This document shows positions 60,647 to 64,000 of a stretch of DNA of 64,000 nucleotides, piece after piece; position 1 is the first letter of the stretch; each line of letters begins with the position of its first letter. The position numbers and the translations under genes are program-made. The notes beneath the pieces are model-generated. The model made no database searches. It worked only from the letters and a program-made list of their open reading frames with translations, and was not told where the DNA came from. This DNA comes from Macrostomum hystrix. Its lineage: Eukaryota; Animalia; Platyhelminthes. The stretch is from assembly GCA_950097015.1 (NCBI GenBank), contig CATNEN010000005.1:1674001-1738000 (forward strand), read 5' to 3'.

Positions 60647-62530
60647 ATGCGTCGACGCTTCGCCCAACGCCCTGCCTGGGACCCCAGCGCCGACGCCGCC
60701 GCTGAGTCGCAGCTGCTCTCTGGTCTGGTGACATTTCGCCGCACAGCAGCCGCTGTCTCTCAGGGACCGGCTGGTAAGCCCCCTCCGTTCAACACTCCGT
60801 CGACGACGCTTGATTTGGACTTTGCCAGGCAGCTGCAGTCGTTGCGGTTGATGAGTAACGCAGGCATTGATGAGGATTCTACGGAGGGCGTCCAGGAACC
60901 TGACGCGTCGAACACAAATTTTCTTGACATTAATGCCGATTTGCTCGTCTCAGCCGCTGATAGCCAACTTGGCAATGGCCTGCGCTGGCTGCAAAGACAG
61001 CGAGAGCGTCAGCAGCAGCAGCTACTAGAACAGCAACGTCAGCATCTGACTCTGTCTTTGCCGCTACTTGGCGGTCGGTTAAACTATTATCTGCCAGCGA
61101 ATCATGCCCCTACACCGCCGGAAACGCCGCCTCAAGAAGTTGCATTGCCCGAGGGAGGCCTGCTGCAGCGAGGTCGGCTCGTCTACCGAACTGGCGCGCC
61201 CGATACAGTCGCTAGGCCACCCGATGCGGAAATCGCACTTCTTCTAAGGTCCCGTACGCCGACGCAAACGCAACTGAAGCAGGATGTTAGCTCGTTACCT
61301 GAAGCAGGTAACGATGCTAGCTTAGGGAAGGTGAAGAAGGCCATGCGAATGCCACCCTTACCGACGCCGCCACAGCCAAAGCCACTAAACGCACCAGCTA
61401 GGTCCCTTCCCGCATCTGATTCAATAAGCGACGTCAAGGACAATCAAAAAGGACGCTTGTCGATTCGTGGAGAAATTGCAACGTCACAAATCAAGCCAGA
61501 TGACGGCAAAGAATCAGATAAACTGGCTGATGTTAAAACGCATGAACCGGACCGAGGCAGCAATTCAAAGAAAGCATCAAAAAAGAGGCGTCGTAAAATT
61601 ACAGGCCTGGAGATGCTCAACAACATCGATGCCAGGCCGAAGCCGCTTCCATCGCCGACAATCGTGCCGCGAGTCTCCTCGCCAAAATCCAGGTCCAACG
61701 AGCCATCGAATCCAGAAACGACTGCGAGCGCAACGGTCTTCACCCGACAAAAGCGCACTTCTCGGCCGATAGCAAACGAACTGGCGCCCGAGCGAGAATT
61801 CAGCGAAAACCTTCGAAGGGATGACAATTCGACTCGCGGACGCAGCTTTTTGAGCAGCAATGAACAAGATGGCAGTCAGCAGTTTATGAAGTCGGAAGTC
61901 GGAAGTCGGCAGCCAACAATGGATCGTCTCACAGTTGGCAGCCGGGAGGATGGAATCACTGCAGAGTCTGCCAGACACTCTGCACAGACAGGACGGTCGA
62001 TGTCGCTTCATTTACAAAGAGACAATGATCGACAAAGAATTGATAAGAAGGCAGAGAAAGCGGTTAGAACATTGGAACAAACAGCTCCAATGAATCAACA
62101 TGACGAAGATCAGTTTGATTACGAGGTCCAGAAGCGGCCGGTGCGGGATCAGTACCGTATTGCTCATCGTTTGGCACAGTCGGCTAACCAGAACGCCCAG
62201 TTTGCTGCCTGGCTCAAAGAAGGTCGCGATCCTGATGAATTTTTCAGCTGCCGAATGAGCGCCAGCGGCTACTTTTCCTACTTCCCGAGGTTGCCTCGGT
62301 ACGATCGCGGCCTCCAGCCGTTCGCCGAATTTTCTTCCGAGCGACATACACAGACGCCACGACACCATGGCAACGGCAATAAAAGAACAGCCGCAACGCC
62401 GACTTTCCTAGCCTACGGTGGTAAAAATCCGGACATCTACCTGCCGCCACCGATTCTGGTGAGAGTTCCTCGGCCGAAGGTGAAGCAAACGGAGGCGGTG
62501 GAATTGGAGCAGTTGGAAACTACTCGCTAA
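60647..62530 (+). CDS. 627-codon ORF, hypothetical disordered protein, possibly a large terminal exon
   Basis: Long non-repetitive GC-rich ORF amid AT-rich flanks; polypyrimidine/AG acceptor at 60618-60628; polyQ, PTPP motifs and KKASKKRRRK; no recognised domain. Confidence 0.6.
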   Translation: MRRRFAQRPAWDPSADAAAESQLLSGLVTFRRTAAAVSQGPAGKPPPFNTPSTTLDLDFARQLQSLRLMSNAGIDEDSTEGVQEPDASNTNFLDINADLLVSAADSQLGNGLRWLQRQRERQQQQLLEQQRQHLTLSLPLLGGRLNYYLPANHAPTPPETPPQEVALPEGGLLQRGRLVYRTGAPDTVARPPDAEIALLLRSRTPTQTQLKQDVSSLPEAGNDASLGKVKKAMRMPPLPTPPQPKPLNAPARSLPASDSISDVKDNQKGRLSIRGEIATSQIKPDDGKESDKLADVKTHEPDRGSNSKKASKKRRRKITGLEMLNNIDARPKPLPSPTIVPRVSSPKSRSNEPSNPETTASATVFTRQKRTSRPIANELAPEREFSENLRRDDNSTRGRSFLSSNEQDGSQQFMKSEVGSRQPTMDRLTVGSREDGITAESARHSAQTGRSMSLHLQRDNDRQRIDKKAEKAVRTLEQTAPMNQHDEDQFDYEVQKRPVRDQYRIAHRLAQSANQNAQFAAWLKEGRDPDEFFSCRMSASGYFSYFPRLPRYDRGLQPFAEFSSERHTQTPRHHGNGNKRTAATPTFLAYGGKNPDIYLPPPILVRVPRPKVKQTEAVELEQLETTR

Positions 62531-64000
62531 TGAGCACAATATCTTTGAGCAGGCTTTGGCAGACTATCTGATTTTATTTAGACCGGTTGAATTCACAATC
62601 CACTCGTTTTTTCTTGCATGAGATTGCTATCCTGAACTTCAAAATTTGAACTTCAGAGATATAGCTAAATGAAAGTAGTGAAATAAGGACATTTTCACAT
62701 TCGCAATTCATGAAATAGCAAATATCAATTAATTTACGAGTATTTACACAGCGAGCAGCTCAATTATATGCTGGAAGCAGCGGCATGATGTAGGCTAGCT
62801 AGGTGATACTCAAAAGATGGTGTCAACTTAAGGCTCCAATAATGAAGCACCAAATGAATTAAATAAGTAGCTTTTCGATCCAGTCGACTATAGAAACGCC
62901 GTGACAGCTCACCCCAGTTCTTCCCAATGATAACACTGGTGATAATGGGATAAAATGGCGATTTCGTTCTCACTTAATTGGCTCTGGTATTAATGGAAAC
63001 TAATGTCAGGTATAAGTTAGCTGTTCGACCACTGGGGTGAGATCTTTCGGCGTTTCTGTTGTCGACTCAGGATCGACTAGCTACTAATTTTAGTCTGTTT
63101 GACTTGTCGATTGACCTCGGGTTTTTGAGGTTTCCGCGTCTGCTGAACGGCGTCTGCCGAAGCACAAATTTTCTATTACACATTGCTATAATTTACAGCT
63201 ACAGACTGTGATATGCCCATACTTATTATTGTATTATTCTCTGAAAAACTACAGGAACGAAACCTAATTAGTTTATAACTTAAGAACACTGTTTATGATA
63301 AGTCTTCGTTATATAATAGTTCTCTTTTGTTTAAATGTGTGATTGCCTAAACAACACGATTTAATTTGTCAGGTAGTCGCAATATTTTTACAATTTTTTT
63401 CGTGTTTGTTGTGTAATATATTACCGGTCAAACCCAGTATAGATTTATATAATTGGTCATTAGACCTATTAATCACTAAAAGCCACTAAAAGAAGAGCAG
63501 ATCAAGGCTTTAAAGACTTTTAAGACATCATTTCGAAACACTATTTCGATTCTGAAGGATAGACAGTATTTCCTTTTTGTTTCTTACCTTGTCTGTTTAG
63601 TATTGATAATTCTAAATAGATATTAAGGTACTGCTAGTAAGATATATATGTATATTTACAACTATTGATATGCATCATATAGATAGTGATAGTAATGTGT
63701 CACTGTAAGTTTAGTAAGTTGAAGTTCATTAAGTTCATTACATTAAGATAAGATTATGTATTTTGATATAATTGTAATAGGCCTAATAGTGAGGTAAATT
63801 AGACATATTATTGGTGATCACCAATAAAGAAGTGGATCATTTTAACATTTTTGAAACTCATGTCCTTACTTTTTGGTCAGAACTTGTTGTGGTAAATTGT
63901 TTGCCCCAGCAAGTTAGCAAGCTTAAAAAAATCAAGTGGATTGTAGTCACTTTGTAAATAGTCATAAACTTTTTCATCAAAAGACATTTTGCAGTTTCAA

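Overview
Eukaryotic (intron-containing, animal-type) genomic DNA dominated by transposons, satellites and a scrambled segmental duplication. It is reminiscent of a flatworm such as Macrostomum, but that cannot be verified from the sequence. Main architecture: (1) 1-4.5 kb: a Gypsy protease remnant, then a 30-bp minisatellite carrying a 5'-truncated RTE-like LINE and a P-superfamily-like MITE. (2) 5.6-15 kb, minus strand: an orphan 3-exon gene, a Gab/DOS-like PH adaptor, and an MKP/DUSP gene fragment whose three catalytic-domain exons are amplified five times in frame (840-845 bp unit); this block is bracketed by an exact 22-bp direct repeat. (3) 20,795-45,901: three head-to-tail Helitron units (A|TC ... 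CTAG|TC ... CTAG|TC ... CTAG|T). The first encodes an apparently intact 10-exon, 1764-aa OTU-Rep-PIF1 protein and hosts a complete 7.5-kb CACTA/EnSpm element (transposase plus a 5-exon BEN-like gene). The other two are non-autonomous and contain 23-bp and 18-bp satellites. The array interrupts an intronless ORF just before a U_UUU_UUC slippery site. (4) 46-53 kb: a mosaic direct/inverted copy of pieces of block 2, with a complete Gab-like gene and a single-domain DUSP fragment. (5) 53-64 kb: satellites, microsatellites and one 627-codon ORF of unknown function. Exon structures were worked out by hand from GT/AG sites and reading-frame continuity; domain calls rest on motif recognition, not database searches.
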